A stretch of 64,000 nt of DNA from Vulcanimicrobiota bacterium (GCA_963777315.1 CAVZQC010000002.1:320001-384000), one strand, 5' to 3'. Counted from the stretch's first letter, positions 1 to 10,089 are shown. The notes: generated by a model from the sequence alone, not told the origin. A program made the numbers and translations.

Positions 1-2
1 TC

Positions 3-725
3 TTCATCGGAACGTGCATCGCACTGACCGTCTTATGGGCCTGCATCGCATACGCCATCGTTTCGCACAACCCATCGGACGCAAACGCGCTTTTGCCGCA
101 GTGGCTGGTTCCGGCGCACATCACCAAGAGTCTGCACGATTCCAACTTTGCTTTCGGACCCGAGCAATCGGCCGAAATGTCGTCGCTGATCATCACCAAT
201 AACATTCGGGTGGCGATTCTGACTTTTGCCTTCGGAATCGTTACGCTGGGAACGGCGACGATCTATCTGATCGTTTTCAACGCGCTCATGCTCGGAGCGC
301 TCGGAGCGCTGTACGCGCAAGCGGGCTTCGGCACGGACTTCTGGGCTACGGTCGCGCCGCACGGTTTCATCGAACTCATGGCCATTCAAATCGCCGGGGG
401 CGCCGGGCTGCTGCTGGCCTCGAGCGTTCTGCTTCCCGGACGGCTTCGGCGCCGGGACGCGCTCGCGCGCAACGGCCGGCGAGCCGGCGTGCTGCTGGGC
501 GGCGTCGTGGCGATGCTGTGCGTTGCCGGTACGATCGAGGGCTTTTTTTCCCCGCTGCGGTTTTCGGCCGACGTTCGCGCCGGCGTGGGCGCGTTCACGG
601 CTCTGGCGATGATTGCGTACTTTGGTTTCGCCGGCCGGGAACGCGCCGCAACGAGTCCCATTTTGGCGCTGCGGCGTCGAGCACGGCCCAAAGCGAGCAA
701 GTCCCGTCGCTCAAGGCCCACGTGA
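3..725 (+). CDS. Stage II sporulation protein M (SpoIIM/DUF95)-like membrane protein, 5'-partial
   Basis: Frame open from position 3; several TM segments; family-typical NNIRVAILTF...FNALMLG...PHGFIEL...IEGFFSP; adjacent to the DUF58/MoxR cluster. Confidence 0.85.
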   Translation, partial: FIGTCIALTVLWACIAYAIVSHNPSDANALLPQWLVPAHITKSLHDSNFAFGPEQSAEMSSLIITNNIRVAILTFAFGIVTLGTATIYLIVFNALMLGALGALYAQAGFGTDFWATVAPHGFIELMAIQIAGGAGLLLASSVLLPGRLRRRDALARNGRRAGVLLGGVVAMLCVAGTIEGFFSPLRFSADVRAGVGAFTALAMIAYFGFAGRERAATSPILALRRRARPKASKSRRSRPT

Positions 726-767
726 AGCGCAAGCGGGTTTTCGGGATGCCGCCGTTCGTATGTCCCG

Positions 768-2108
768 TTACAGCTCGCCGCGTTGTTTGATCCGCAGGTA
801 CTGATCCAGCAGCGCTACCGTGAGATCGTGCGCCGGAACGTCGATGACGTGCACGCCGAGCCGCGTCAACGTTGCCGCCGCTGCACGGCGTTCGTCGCGC
901 AATTCCAGCGCCACGCCCGCGGCGTAAACTTGCGCCGCCGTCTCGGCCCGCGTCTCGAGCGCCGTGTCGATCGCGGCGTCGTTCATGAACGCGCACACGA
1001 CCAGGTGCTGCCGGCAGAGCGTTGCAATTTGCGAAAGCACCGAGCTTTGCGAAACGGGGTCGACCATGTCGGTGAAAAACACGATGAGGCTGCGTTTGCG
1101 CACGTGCGTGCGCACGTACGCGAAAGCGCGATCGTAGTCGGACTGCTCGAAGCGCGGCTCGAGATCGTGAATCGCCTGAGCGACACGTTCCGGAGAGCGT
1201 CCGCTCGCCCGGGGCGCGAACGCGCGAAAAATCTCGGCCGCGAATGCGACCACGCCGACCTTGTCGTTCGCCAGTGAGGCCACGGATGCAACGGACAACG
1301 CAGCCGTAACCGCGTAATCGAATTTGCGGCGATCGTTCACGCGCGGCGTCATCAGCCGGCCGGCATCCAGGACGATCATGATGTTTTGGCTGCGTTCGAC
1401 TTCATATTGAGCGACCATGATCTTGCCGCGGCGCGCGGTGGCTTTCCAGTCGATCGATCGGAACGGATCTCCCGCGTTCCACTCACGCGCGCTTTCCGGC
1501 TGCGTGCCGCCGCCGCGCAGACGCATTCGCCTCAGGCCCGCCTCGATGAACCGGTTGCGCGCGTGCAGCGAACCATACCGGGCGACGGCCGACAAGTCGG
1601 GATAGACGCGAATGGGCGCGATAGCGCGACGCTTTTGCCGGCGCCGCACCAGACCGATTGAACCGGTGATTGAAATGAAGATCGCCGTCAACCCATCGGA
1701 ACCGCGTGCGACCGGAGTCACCGGGCGCTCGATGAGCGTTTCGTCGTGCGGGGCTGCTATGCCGCTGCATTCGTCGACGTCGAAGCGCAGCAACGGCGTC
1801 GGCGCTTCGATGAGCGCGACGGCGACGCGCCCGGACGCGCGATTGCGCACGCGGTATGCGATTCGCTCGGCGCGCAGCAGCGAAAACAGCTCCAACGGCA
1901 AACGTTCGACGTCGACGTCGCTCAGTCGCGGACCCGAAAGCAGATCGATTGCCAGCGCCGCGGCAAACCCGGCCGCGACGGCGATCCCGGCCCACCACAA
2001 CGGCGCAACCGCGGAGCCTGCGGCGCACAGCACCGCGGCGATTGCCAAGGTGGAATATGCACGCGGCGCGAGCCAGACCGATGCACGCAGCGAATCACGC
2101 CGGTTCAC
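768..2108 (-). CDS. DUF58 / vWA-like domain protein (MoxR partner)
   Basis: REWNAGDPFRSIDWKATARRG and MIVLDAGRLM motifs; N-terminal TM pair; GTG start at 2108 overlaps the MoxR 3' end. Confidence 0.9.
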   Translation of the reverse strand: MNRRDSLRASVWLAPRAYSTLAIAAVLCAAGSAVAPLWWAGIAVAAGFAAALAIDLLSGPRLSDVDVERLPLELFSLLRAERIAYRVRNRASGRVAVALIEAPTPLLRFDVDECSGIAAPHDETLIERPVTPVARGSDGLTAIFISITGSIGLVRRRQKRRAIAPIRVYPDLSAVARYGSLHARNRFIEAGLRRMRLRGGGTQPESAREWNAGDPFRSIDWKATARRGKIMVAQYEVERSQNIMIVLDAGRLMTPRVNDRRKFDYAVTAALSVASVASLANDKVGVVAFAAEIFRAFAPRASGRSPERVAQAIHDLEPRFEQSDYDRAFAYVRTHVRKRSLIVFFTDMVDPVSQSSVLSQIATLCRQHLVVCAFMNDAAIDTALETRAETAAQVYAAGVALELRDERRAAAATLTRLGVHVIDVPAHDLTVALLDQYLRIKQRGEL

Positions 2109-3060
2109 GCGGCACCGCGACGGCGCGGAGCACGTCATCGACGACGGCGACGGCGCGCACGCCGTCGATTTCAGCTTGCGGAGCGACGATCAGCCGATGC
2201 GCCAGCACCAGCGGCGCAACTCGTTTCACGTCGTCGGGCGTGGCGTAATCGCGCGCATCGATCGCGGCCGCAGCTTGTGCGGCGGCAAGCAGCGAAACGC
2301 CGGCGCGCGGACTGGCGCCCAACGACAAGCGCCGGTGAGCGCGCGTGGCTTCCACCAGATCGAGCACGTAGCGCTGCACCGCCGTCGACACGTGGACGCG
2401 GCGCACTTCGGCCTGCACGGCAAGCGTTTCGGCCGGGTCGCTGACCGCCGTAACGGCGTTCGGCTCTACGGCCCGAGCATCAAAACCGCCCGCGACGCGC
2501 GCGAGCAATTCCAATTCGGCTTCGCGCGCCGGATACGTCGAGTCGATCTTGACGAGAAATCGATCGAGCTGCGCTTCGGGCAAGGGATACGTTCCTTCAT
2601 ATTCGATCGGATTCTGCGTCGCGCACACGAAGAACGGCGCCGGCAAGGACAGCGGCGTACCGTCGATCGTCACGCGAGCTTCTTCCATCGCTTCCAGCAG
2701 CGCAGCCTGGGTTTTGGGCGGCGTGCGGTTGATTTCGTCGGCAAGCAGCACGTTGGTGACGATGGGGCCGGGCCGCAACGAAAATTGCGCGTTTTGCGGA
2801 TTGAACACCATCGTTCCGACCAGATCGGATGGAAGCAAATCGGGCGTGAACTGCACGCGGCGGTATTGCGAACCGAGCAGCGACGCCAGGGCGCGCACGG
2901 CGAGCGTCTTGCCCGTTCCCGGCACGCCCTCGATCAGCGCGTGGCCGCGCGCGAATAGTGCAACCAGCAATCCGAACGTCGTCGCTTGACCGCCGACGAT
3001 AATCTCCGCCATGGCGGCGTCGATGCGCTTTGCGACCTCGGCGGCGCCCGCGGTTACCAT
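2095..3060 (-). CDS. MoxR family AAA+ ATPase
   Basis: Walker A GVPGTGKT, RVQFTPDLLPSD, LLADEINRTPPKTQAALLEAMEE, ATQNPIEYEGTYPLPEAQLDRF. Confidence 0.95.
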   Translation of the reverse strand: MVTAGAAEVAKRIDAAMAEIIVGGQATTFGLLVALFARGHALIEGVPGTGKTLAVRALASLLGSQYRRVQFTPDLLPSDLVGTMVFNPQNAQFSLRPGPIVTNVLLADEINRTPPKTQAALLEAMEEARVTIDGTPLSLPAPFFVCATQNPIEYEGTYPLPEAQLDRFLVKIDSTYPAREAELELLARVAGGFDARAVEPNAVTAVSDPAETLAVQAEVRRVHVSTAVQRYVLDLVEATRAHRRLSLGASPRAGVSLLAAAQAAAAIDARDYATPDDVKRVAPLVLAHRLIVAPQAEIDGVRAVAVVDDVLRAVAVPREPA

Positions 3061-4130
3061 TCGTACTCCTTGCGCGTGCGAACGAAAAGCCGGCCCGCCG
3101 CAAGCAAATCCGGCGTGCCCGGATGCGGGAGCGCGCGCAGTTTCGCGGCTTGCTCGAGCAGGTCGCGCGCGTGCGCGTCTTCTTTTGCGCGCGGTGCGGC
3201 CGCGTGCACGACCCAGCCGCACAGCCGATCGATCACGCCGCGCCGGGCGCGTGCGCGTTCGAGCATCCGCGCCAGCGATGCGACGTACTCGCTCGAATCG
3301 CGCTCCTGGGCACCCGCGGGAATATGCGCCGGCGCGAACGGCACATTTTCACCGGCGATGGCCAGTAACGCCGCAACGCAGGCGATAATCACGCCCACGC
3401 GCATGGGAAGCGGCAATACCTGCCAGAAGCTGCGTCCGGATGCGTGCCCGTATATCCGTTCTTCGAATGCGACGATGCCGTGATTCGACAGTGCGGCGTA
3501 GGCGAAAGCCGCGTTGCCCTGCAGCGCCAAATGGGCGTTGTCCAGCAGCGCCGGCGTGGTTGCGAAAACGACCGTGCCCCGCCCGCGGCGGTACGCCAGC
3601 GCGACGGCGCGCGTTCCGGCCCGCAGCAGGGTGCTCCGAGTGTGGGTGCACGCGACCGCGGCGCCTTGCGTAAAGCGCGCGGCGGCCGTTATACCGCGCG
3701 CAGTCAGACCGCAGCCGGCCCGCGCCCGCACGGCATTCAGCGGCGCCAGACGCGGCAGAGCGAGCGCCGCTGCGGCGGCACGCGGTACGCGCCCGAATAT
3801 TGCCAACGTTCCTCCGCGGCGCACCCACGCGTCGAGCGCGCTGCGCTGTTCTCGTGAAACGGCCATGCGCGCAAGCGCATCGTCGCCGGCGACCAGGAGC
3901 GTTCCGCGCGCGGCAAAGAGCTGAGAAAAAGGCTGCTCGAAACGGTCGACCGCCACGCCTTCGCGGGCCAGCAGCGCGTAGACCGCGGCGTAGCCGTTCG
4001 CGCCCGTATCGTACGTCGACGGCGAGGATTGCGGCGCTTGCGACAAGGACGCGCGAAGCGAAAGCACGGCAAGCACCGCAATCGCCAGCGCCAAAAGCGC
4101 GACGTCCGCGATGCGGTTACGCGGCATCAT
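3054..4130 (-). CDS. DUF4350 domain membrane-anchored protein
   Basis: N-terminal TM, STYDTGANGYAA motif, WVRRGGTL, C-terminal TM followed by SEYVASLARML; usual position in MoxR/DUF58 clusters. Confidence 0.8.
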   Translation of the reverse strand: MMPRNRIADVALLALAIAVLAVLSLRASLSQAPQSSPSTYDTGANGYAAVYALLAREGVAVDRFEQPFSQLFAARGTLLVAGDDALARMAVSREQRSALDAWVRRGGTLAIFGRVPRAAAAALALPRLAPLNAVRARAGCGLTARGITAAARFTQGAAVACTHTRSTLLRAGTRAVALAYRRGRGTVVFATTPALLDNAHLALQGNAAFAYAALSNHGIVAFEERIYGHASGRSFWQVLPLPMRVGVIIACVAALLAIAGENVPFAPAHIPAGAQERDSSEYVASLARMLERARARRGVIDRLCGWVVHAAAPRAKEDAHARDLLEQAAKLRALPHPGTPDLLAAGRLFVRTRKEYEW

Positions 4131-4785
4131 CGGCTGCGCGCGCGAGCTGAGCGTACGCGCGGTGCGCCGCGTCCCACTGCCCGGCCGTCACGCGAGCGTC
4201 GGCATACACTACCGCGGTAAAGACCCACGCCAGCGCTTCGAACGGCGCGGCCGCGCGCGGAGCGTGTGCGCGCACCTGCATTCGGCACTCGTTTACCGTC
4301 CGGCTGGGCTCGTCGTGCACGATGCCGCGGACGTCGAGTGCACCCAACCCGGCGCGAAACAGCAGCGCGATTGCAGCGGCATATTCACCGAGCTCGGCGC
4401 AGCGCACGCTTTGCGCGTACAGAGCCTCGGCCGTACGAGGCGGCAAATTTTCTCGCGGGACACGCACGTTGTGGTTAGCGTCTCGAACGGCGCCGGACAG
4501 CAGCCGGACGGTGACGATCAGCACGACGCACGCCGCCAGCGCAAGGACCACGTCGCCGGCTGCAACGCTGGTTTTTGCGCCGACGTGCACGTGCGCGGCG
4601 AACGCGTCGATCAACTGTTTCCACCGATCGGCCAGCCACGCGGTAACGGCGTCCCACCACGTTTTGCGCGCGGGGGCCGCAAGGTGCATGCGAAAGCGCG
4701 CTTGCGAAAGAATGGAGCGCGCCAGCCACTGCGGATCGATGGGCGGCCGCTGCGCGCCGAACTGCGGCAGGCCGCCGGCCGTCAT
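4117..4785 (-). CDS. DUF4129 domain protein
   Basis: Single TM, then GEYAAAIALLF...SRTVNE...FTAVVYAD motif typical of DUF4129. Confidence 0.8.
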   Translation of the reverse strand: MTAGGLPQFGAQRPPIDPQWLARSILSQARFRMHLAAPARKTWWDAVTAWLADRWKQLIDAFAAHVHVGAKTSVAAGDVVLALAACVVLIVTVRLLSGAVRDANHNVRVPRENLPPRTAEALYAQSVRCAELGEYAAAIALLFRAGLGALDVRGIVHDEPSRTVNECRMQVRAHAPRAAAPFEALAWVFTAVVYADARVTAGQWDAAHRAYAQLARAADDAA

Positions 4786-5714
4786 GCTTGAGGCTCGGCA
4801 AGCCGATCGATTTCAGCCTGCATGTCCAATCCCTCGCGACGAACGCGCACGTCGAAATAGTACACCGCGATCAGCACGCCGATGAATCCCGTTGCGGCGA
4901 TCGAGATCGCCGCTTGCACCACCGTCACGACGACCGGCTGGCGCACGAACGTCTGGATCAGCATTTCGACCACCCCTGCGACGATCGCCAAGCCGATTTC
5001 GACGGCAACGAATGCAAGACAGATCAGCACCGCCTTGCCGAGCTCGCTGCGGTTGAACACTCGTGCGAATCCTTGCGGCACGGCTTTACCGAACGGCGCC
5101 TGTTCGATGCCGATTGCGACGAACGCCAGCGCGAGCGCCAGATAGCAGAGCATCATGCACAGGATAAAGGCCACGAACAGGGCGATCGCCACGATGAACG
5201 CCACGACTCCCAGCGGAGCGGAAAGACGCACGAGCAAATACGCGGCTACGAATGCCAGGCTCATGACGAAGGCACCCACGAACGCGATCGTCAGGACGAT
5301 TGCAAGCTGACAAAACAGGGTGGCCAAAATGCCGCCGGCATGGCGAAGCGCCACGCCGTACGCCTGCCGCCAGTCCGTCGCCTCACCATCGTAGATGCGA
5401 CCCACAGCCGACGCCATGGCGACGTACATGAACGGCGTCATCAGCACCGAGACGGCGATGAACGCAACGAACCACGGCCCGAACGGCGTCGCCGGCGCGG
5501 CCCCCGTCGGATGCTGCACCTGCTGCAGTATCTGCGCCCAGGTACCCGTGCTCTGCACGGAAACGAAGTATTCCGCCACGCTCATCGGGACGACGACGAA
5601 CGCGGCGACGATCGCGAACAGCACGAAGTTGCGCACGTAAAGCGTGACTGCGCGGTCGAAGATCTCCCCGATTCCGAGCGGCCGGAGTTGCACGGGTTCG
5701 AACGCAGCGCCCAT
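4782..5714 (-). CDS. Integral membrane protein of the MoxR/DUF58 cluster
   Basis: LRPLGIGEIFDRAVTLY N-terminus and YFDVRVRREGLD C-terminus, several TM helices; overlaps the DUF4129 start by 4 nt. Confidence 0.75.
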   Translation of the reverse strand: MGAAFEPVQLRPLGIGEIFDRAVTLYVRNFVLFAIVAAFVVVPMSVAEYFVSVQSTGTWAQILQQVQHPTGAAPATPFGPWFVAFIAVSVLMTPFMYVAMASAVGRIYDGEATDWRQAYGVALRHAGGILATLFCQLAIVLTIAFVGAFVMSLAFVAAYLLVRLSAPLGVVAFIVAIALFVAFILCMMLCYLALALAFVAIGIEQAPFGKAVPQGFARVFNRSELGKAVLICLAFVAVEIGLAIVAGVVEMLIQTFVRQPVVVTVVQAAISIAATGFIGVLIAVYYFDVRVRREGLDMQAEIDRLAEPQA

Positions 5715-5753
5715 GCGCGCGGGTTCTTGAGGATTCTGCGCGGCTCCTATAGT

Positions 5754-6407
5754 ATGTCGGAGTTTGTGACCGTATTAGGCGAGCTGGCCGGAATCTGGCG
5801 CTATCCGGTCAAGAGTTTGGCGGCGCAGGCGCTCACGTCCACTATCTTGCAAGCCGACGGTCTTCCGGGCGACCGAACCGGCGCGCTGACGGTGCGTTCC
5901 GGCCACGCGCGCGTGGGCAAACCGTATCGCGGTAAAGAGCACAATCTGCTGCACACCACGAACGACGTGCGCGAGGCCATGCGAATGGGGGCACAGCGCG
6001 GCGTGGAGCTCGCCCCGGTATCGGAACGCGGATCGCGGTATTTTGACGATGCGCCGGTTTCGCTGATTTTTGATCGCTGGATCGCGCAGGTCGAGCGCGC
6101 CCTAGAGATGCCGCTGGATCCGCTACGATGGCGCCCCAATTTCTACGCCCGAGCGGCAAGCAGTTTCGACTTTACCGAATCGCAATTGGTAGGCTGCATC
6201 ATCGAGATCGGTCAAGCGGTGCTGCGCGTGCGCGATACGATCAAACGCTGCGTCACGACGACGTACGACATCGCAACGGGGGAGCAGAACGATGACGTGC
6301 TGCTATACGTTGCGCAATGCCGGGACGGCGTCATGGGGATTTACTGCGACGTGGAATTGGCCGGCAGCGTGCGCGACGGCGACGTTCTGCGTTTGCGCGC
6401 GCGCTGA
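5754..6407 (+). CDS. MOSC domain-containing protein
   Basis: IWRYPVKS, GLPGDR, RWRPNF, RCVTTTYD, GIYCDVELAGSVRDGD motifs; ATG at 5754. Confidence 0.9.
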   Translation: MSEFVTVLGELAGIWRYPVKSLAAQALTSTILQADGLPGDRTGALTVRSGHARVGKPYRGKEHNLLHTTNDVREAMRMGAQRGVELAPVSERGSRYFDDAPVSLIFDRWIAQVERALEMPLDPLRWRPNFYARAASSFDFTESQLVGCIIEIGQAVLRVRDTIKRCVTTTYDIATGEQNDDVLLYVAQCRDGVMGIYCDVELAGSVRDGDVLRLRAR

Positions 6408-6730
6408 ACGTCGCGGACCACTTCCTCGAGCGCGTCGATGTAGGCCAGGAACCGGTCGCGGCCCTCACGAGTTATCTGCACGATCGTCTGCGGACGGCCC
6501 TTGCCGGTGATGCGGCGCGTCTGCACGATGCCCAGCTCGGACAGTGCATGCAGATGGCGGTTCAGATTCCCATCGGTGAGATCGCACACTTCCTGCAGCT
6601 GAGTGAACGCGCACCCGTCGGGACTCGCGACGAGCGCGCTGCAGATCGCCAAGCGGCCGCGTTCGTGAAAGACGCGATCGAGCGATCCGTACGCATACGG
6701 CTTGTCGTTTTGCGCCTGCCGCGAGCTCAC
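6341..6730 (-). CDS. Winged-helix transcriptional regulator (ArsR/MarR-like, HTH_34 type)
   Basis: LDRVFHERGRLAI...FTQLQEVCDLTDGNLNRHL...ITREGRDRF; GTG start overlaps the upstream stop (GTGA). Confidence 0.85.
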   Translation of the reverse strand: MSSRQAQNDKPYAYGSLDRVFHERGRLAICSALVASPDGCAFTQLQEVCDLTDGNLNRHLHALSELGIVQTRRITGKGRPQTIVQITREGRDRFLAYIDALEEVVRDVQRARKRRTSPSRTLPANSTSQ

Positions 6731-7332
6731 GGCGAAACCGCCCGTTCGCGCATGACGCGCACGCCTATTGCCACTTGCCCCAAGCCGAATCCGAGGGGCA
6801 GCACCCACCAGCCGAGCGCGATCGAGGCCGGAACGAACAGCAGCCCGATGCCCGCGATCAAGAACGCCGCGGCGATCGGCGCGACGGCGCGCGGGACCAT
6901 GGTGCGCGACGCGAACAGACCCACGCCGTAACAGCCGTACCAAACCGCCGGCAAAAAAGCAAACGATCCCGCGCGCAGCAATGCAACCGACAGCGCCGCG
7001 CCCAAAATCAGCGCAGGCAAAATCGAGAACCCGACGGTCGCGGTCTGCCAGCGATCGCGCGCGGTCGCATCGTTGACGTACCAGTGCGCGATGGCTCCGT
7101 AATTGACCAGCAGCGAGCCCGCGCAGCACGCAAACCAGAGCGCGAAGTACAGATGGCCCGCATGTGCGCTCGTGACGGCGGGAACGAGCACCGCCTGCAG
7201 CACGCCGGCGGCCAGCGCGAAGGCTCCGGACACGATTGCCGCCATTCCCGAATAGCCTTTGAAACGTTGCGCGTGGCCAAGCCGCTCGCGCACTTCGGCA
7301 ATGTCGGCAAGCGCTCGTTCGAGATCCGTCAT
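6727..7332 (-). CDS. Hypothetical multi-pass membrane protein
   Basis: 201 aa, about 6 hydrophobic segments, translationally coupled to the HTH regulator. Confidence 0.7.
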   Translation of the reverse strand: MTDLERALADIAEVRERLGHAQRFKGYSGMAAIVSGAFALAAGVLQAVLVPAVTSAHAGHLYFALWFACCAGSLLVNYGAIAHWYVNDATARDRWQTATVGFSILPALILGAALSVALLRAGSFAFLPAVWYGCYGVGLFASRTMVPRAVAPIAAAFLIAGIGLLFVPASIALGWWVLPLGFGLGQVAIGVRVMRERAVSP

Positions 7333-7378
7333 ACCGTCCTAACTTTGTACCACAAAGCGCACGCCGCGTGCAACGCCG

Positions 7379-7987
7379 TCAGAGCGCACGGCGTCCCTCG
7401 ATCGCGCGCGCGAGCGTAACTTCGTCCGCATAATCCAGATCGCCGCCGATGGGCAATCCGTAAGCCAGCCGGGTGACGCTAACGCCCAGCGGTGAGAGCA
7501 AACGCGAAAGATAGTGCGCGGTTGCTTCACCTTCGGCGTTGGGATTCGTCGCAATGATGATCTCGCTCGGACGTTCGGCGCCGATTCGTTCGACGAGTTC
7601 TTTGACGCGCAGCTGCGCGGGGCCGATGCCGTCCATGGGCGAGATCACGCCGCCCAACACGTGATAGCGGCCCTTGAACGCCAGCGTGCGTTCGAGCGCG
7701 AAGATGTCCTTGGCTTCGGCCACCACGCAGATCATGCTCGCGTCGCGCCGCTCGTCGGCGCAGATATCGCAGCGATCTTCCTGCGCGATGGAAAAGCACA
7801 CCGAGCACAAACGCACGCGATCCTTGACGGCCAAGATCGCTTCGGCGAGCGACTGGGCTTCGTGCCTGGGCCGGTTGAGCAAATAAAAAACCAGCCGCGC
7901 GGCGGTTTTGGGACCCACCGTCGGCAGTTTGCTGAATTCGTTTATCAGGCTTTGAACCGGACCTGCCGGCGCACCGGAATCGGCCAA
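7379..7987 (-). CDS. recR: Recombination mediator RecR
   Basis: LPTVGPKTAARL HhH, CSVC...CDIC Zn finger, Toprim ATNPNAEGEATA, GGDLDYADEVTL; start approximate (TTG 7987). Confidence 0.95.
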   Translation of the reverse strand: MADSGAPAGPVQSLINEFSKLPTVGPKTAARLVFYLLNRPRHEAQSLAEAILAVKDRVRLCSVCFSIAQEDRCDICADERRDASMICVVAEAKDIFALERTLAFKGRYHVLGGVISPMDGIGPAQLRVKELVERIGAERPSEIIIATNPNAEGEATAHYLSRLLSPLGVSVTRLAYGLPIGGDLDYADEVTLARAIEGRRAL

Positions 7988-7995
7988 TGGGAAGG

Positions 7996-8304
7996 CTACG
8001 TCAGGCCGGGAATCTTCATCCCGCCGGTCAGCCGTCCCATCCGGCTCTGCGTGGTCTCCTCGACCTTCTTGAGCGCATCGTTGATCGCAACCACGAGCAG
8101 ATCTTCGAGCGTCTCGATGTCGTCCGGATCGACGGCATCTTGGGCGAGTTTGATCGACTTGACGCGATGATCGCAAGTCATCTCCACCTTCACGCTCTCG
8201 CCGGCGGCAGCGCCGGTAACGGCGGTACCGGCCAGTTCGTCCTGCGCCTTTGCCATCTCTTGCTGCATCTTGCGCATCTGCGCCATGAGCTGCGCTTGAT
8301 TCAT
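7996..8304 (-). CDS. ybaB: YbaB/EbfC nucleoid-associated protein
   Basis: 102 aa, DPDDIETLEDLLVVAINDAL, located between dnaX and recR. Confidence 0.95.
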   Translation of the reverse strand: MNQAQLMAQMRKMQQEMAKAQDELAGTAVTGAAAGESVKVEMTCDHRVKSIKLAQDAVDPDDIETLEDLLVVAINDALKKVEETTQSRMGRLTGGMKIPGLT

Positions 8305-8319
8305 GCCGGTCGCGTCATC

Positions 8320-9957
8320 TCACTTGATCCGTTCGTTCAGATACGAGAGCAATTCGCCGGGGTCGTCATTCGACGTTCGGCGCGTCACTTCTCCCCCGTC
8401 GTGCAAGCTCGCCGGCGAGCGCGCTGCACTGCCGCCTTTGGCGCGCGGCGAGGACATGCCGGGCGCAAATTTCACTTGCAGCTCTACGCCGAGCGCCTCG
8501 TGGATTGCCGCCCGGACGAGCTGCGCGTTGTCTTTGAGTACCGACGCGGAAAGCTCGCCCGGCACCTTGACGATCAGTGTGCCGCCCTCCAGCGCGTCGG
8601 GCATCGCCCGGCGTAGTTCGCCGCGCAGCGACTGTTTGGAACTCTCGACCTTCATGAGGATCGATTCCCATGCCGCCTTCACGCGCTGAATCGTAACCGC
8701 GCCGCCGGCGACGGCATCCTGAGCGGGGGCGACTTCCGGCTGCGCCGGTTCGCGTGCGATCGGAGCGCGCTCGCCAGGTTCGGGTGCAGGTCGCGGCGCG
8801 GCCGCGCGCGGACGACCGGATCCGGACAGGCCCTCCTCGAGCGAACTCACTCGCGCGCTCAATGCGTCGAGCGTGGGATCCTCGTCGGCGAGTACGTAGC
8901 GCAGCATCGCGGTTTCCAGTTCGAGCCTGGGGTGTCCGGAGGAACGCGCAGTTGCGAGGGCCTCGACGAGCAAGCGCAATGCGCGCACGATCTGCGCCTG
9001 CCCAAGCTGCTTGCCCAGCTCGCCGGCACGCTGCGCGTCCGCCGGCGCAAGATCGCGTGCGAGAAGGTTGCCGTCGATTCGCCCAACCAGCAGATTGCGG
9101 AAGTCGCCGATCAAACTGCGTAAGAGCACCGTCATGTCGGTACCGGCGTCGCTGGCATCCTCGATCGTCGCCAAAACGCCCGCGGCGTCGCGCGCGATCA
9201 GGCGCTCCATCAGCACGCCCGAATAGTTGCGACCCGTTGCACCGAACGCCAGATCGATCGTCTGCGTGGTTATCGTGCCGTCGGCGAATGCGGCGGCTTG
9301 CTCGAGCATCGTCAAGGCATCCCGCAGCCCTCCGTCCGCGCGGTACGCAATCGCCGAAAGCGCGGCATCGTCGATGCCGATGTTTTCGGCCGCGGCGATC
9401 TCGCGCATTCGTTCGATCATCACCGGAATGGCGATGCGGCGGAAAGCGTACCGCTGGCAGCGCGAGAGAATCGTGACGGGCAGCTTCTCGGGCTCGGTCG
9501 TAGCCAGAATGAAGACCGCATGCGGGGGAGGCTCCTCGAGCGTTTTGAGAAACGCGTTGGCGGCCGGCCCGGTGATCATGTGCGCCTCGTCGATGATGTA
9601 CACTTTCATGCGCATCGTCGCCGGCGTGAACTTGACCGCGTCGCGCAGCGCGCGAATTTCGTCGATGCCGCGGTAGCTGGCCGCATCGATCTCGAGCACG
9701 TCCAATGCCGTGCCGTCGAGAATGGCGCGGCAATGCTCGCACGTGTTGTCGGGCGAGGCGGTCGGACCGTTGACGCAGTCGATGCAGCGCGCCATGATTT
9801 TTGCGGCGGACGTTTTGCCCGAGCCGCGCGGTCCGGAAAAGAGGTACGCGTGCGCGAGTTTACCGGATTCCAGGGCACTCGTAAGCGTTCGCACGACCAC
9901 GTCCTGGCCCACCAGTTCGGCAAAGGTCTTGGGGCGCCAGGTTCGATAGAGAGACAC
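8320..9957 (-). CDS. dnaX: DNA polymerase III subunit gamma/tau
   Basis: LYRTWRP, GPRGSGKT, EIDAAS, IIDEAHM, LKTLEEPP, TILSRCQR; GTG start at 9957. Confidence 0.97.
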   Translation of the reverse strand: MSLYRTWRPKTFAELVGQDVVVRTLTSALESGKLAHAYLFSGPRGSGKTSAAKIMARCIDCVNGPTASPDNTCEHCRAILDGTALDVLEIDAASYRGIDEIRALRDAVKFTPATMRMKVYIIDEAHMITGPAANAFLKTLEEPPPHAVFILATTEPEKLPVTILSRCQRYAFRRIAIPVMIERMREIAAAENIGIDDAALSAIAYRADGGLRDALTMLEQAAAFADGTITTQTIDLAFGATGRNYSGVLMERLIARDAAGVLATIEDASDAGTDMTVLLRSLIGDFRNLLVGRIDGNLLARDLAPADAQRAGELGKQLGQAQIVRALRLLVEALATARSSGHPRLELETAMLRYVLADEDPTLDALSARVSSLEEGLSGSGRPRAAAPRPAPEPGERAPIAREPAQPEVAPAQDAVAGGAVTIQRVKAAWESILMKVESSKQSLRGELRRAMPDALEGGTLIVKVPGELSASVLKDNAQLVRAAIHEALGVELQVKFAPGMSSPRAKGGSAARSPASLHDGGEVTRRTSNDDPGELLSYLNERIK

Positions 9958-10089
9958 TCCCGGTAGTACTTTTCGGTGTTTCGGCGCGCCTGCCGAAGGG
10001 TATAGTGATTGCATCGCCGCGCTTTGATTTTGTTAAACAAAGGGCCGACCGTGTACGTCCCCCGGGGACGACTGTACGAGGATAACGCC

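Noticed and set aside
2222..3861. parS half-sites (GTTTCACGT at about 2223, CGTGAAAC at about 3853)
   Set aside because: Only half of the 16-bp palindrome matches and both lie inside coding sequence
8320..9957. dnaX gamma/tau frameshift signal
   Set aside because: No A-AAA-AAG or long poly-A slippage site was seen on the coding strand after domain III
9958..10089. SRP RNA (ffs) or tRNA upstream of dnaX, as in many Firmicutes
   Set aside because: Only 132 bp and no SRP domain IV (CAGG...GGAA...AGCAG) motif; it looks like a divergent promoter region
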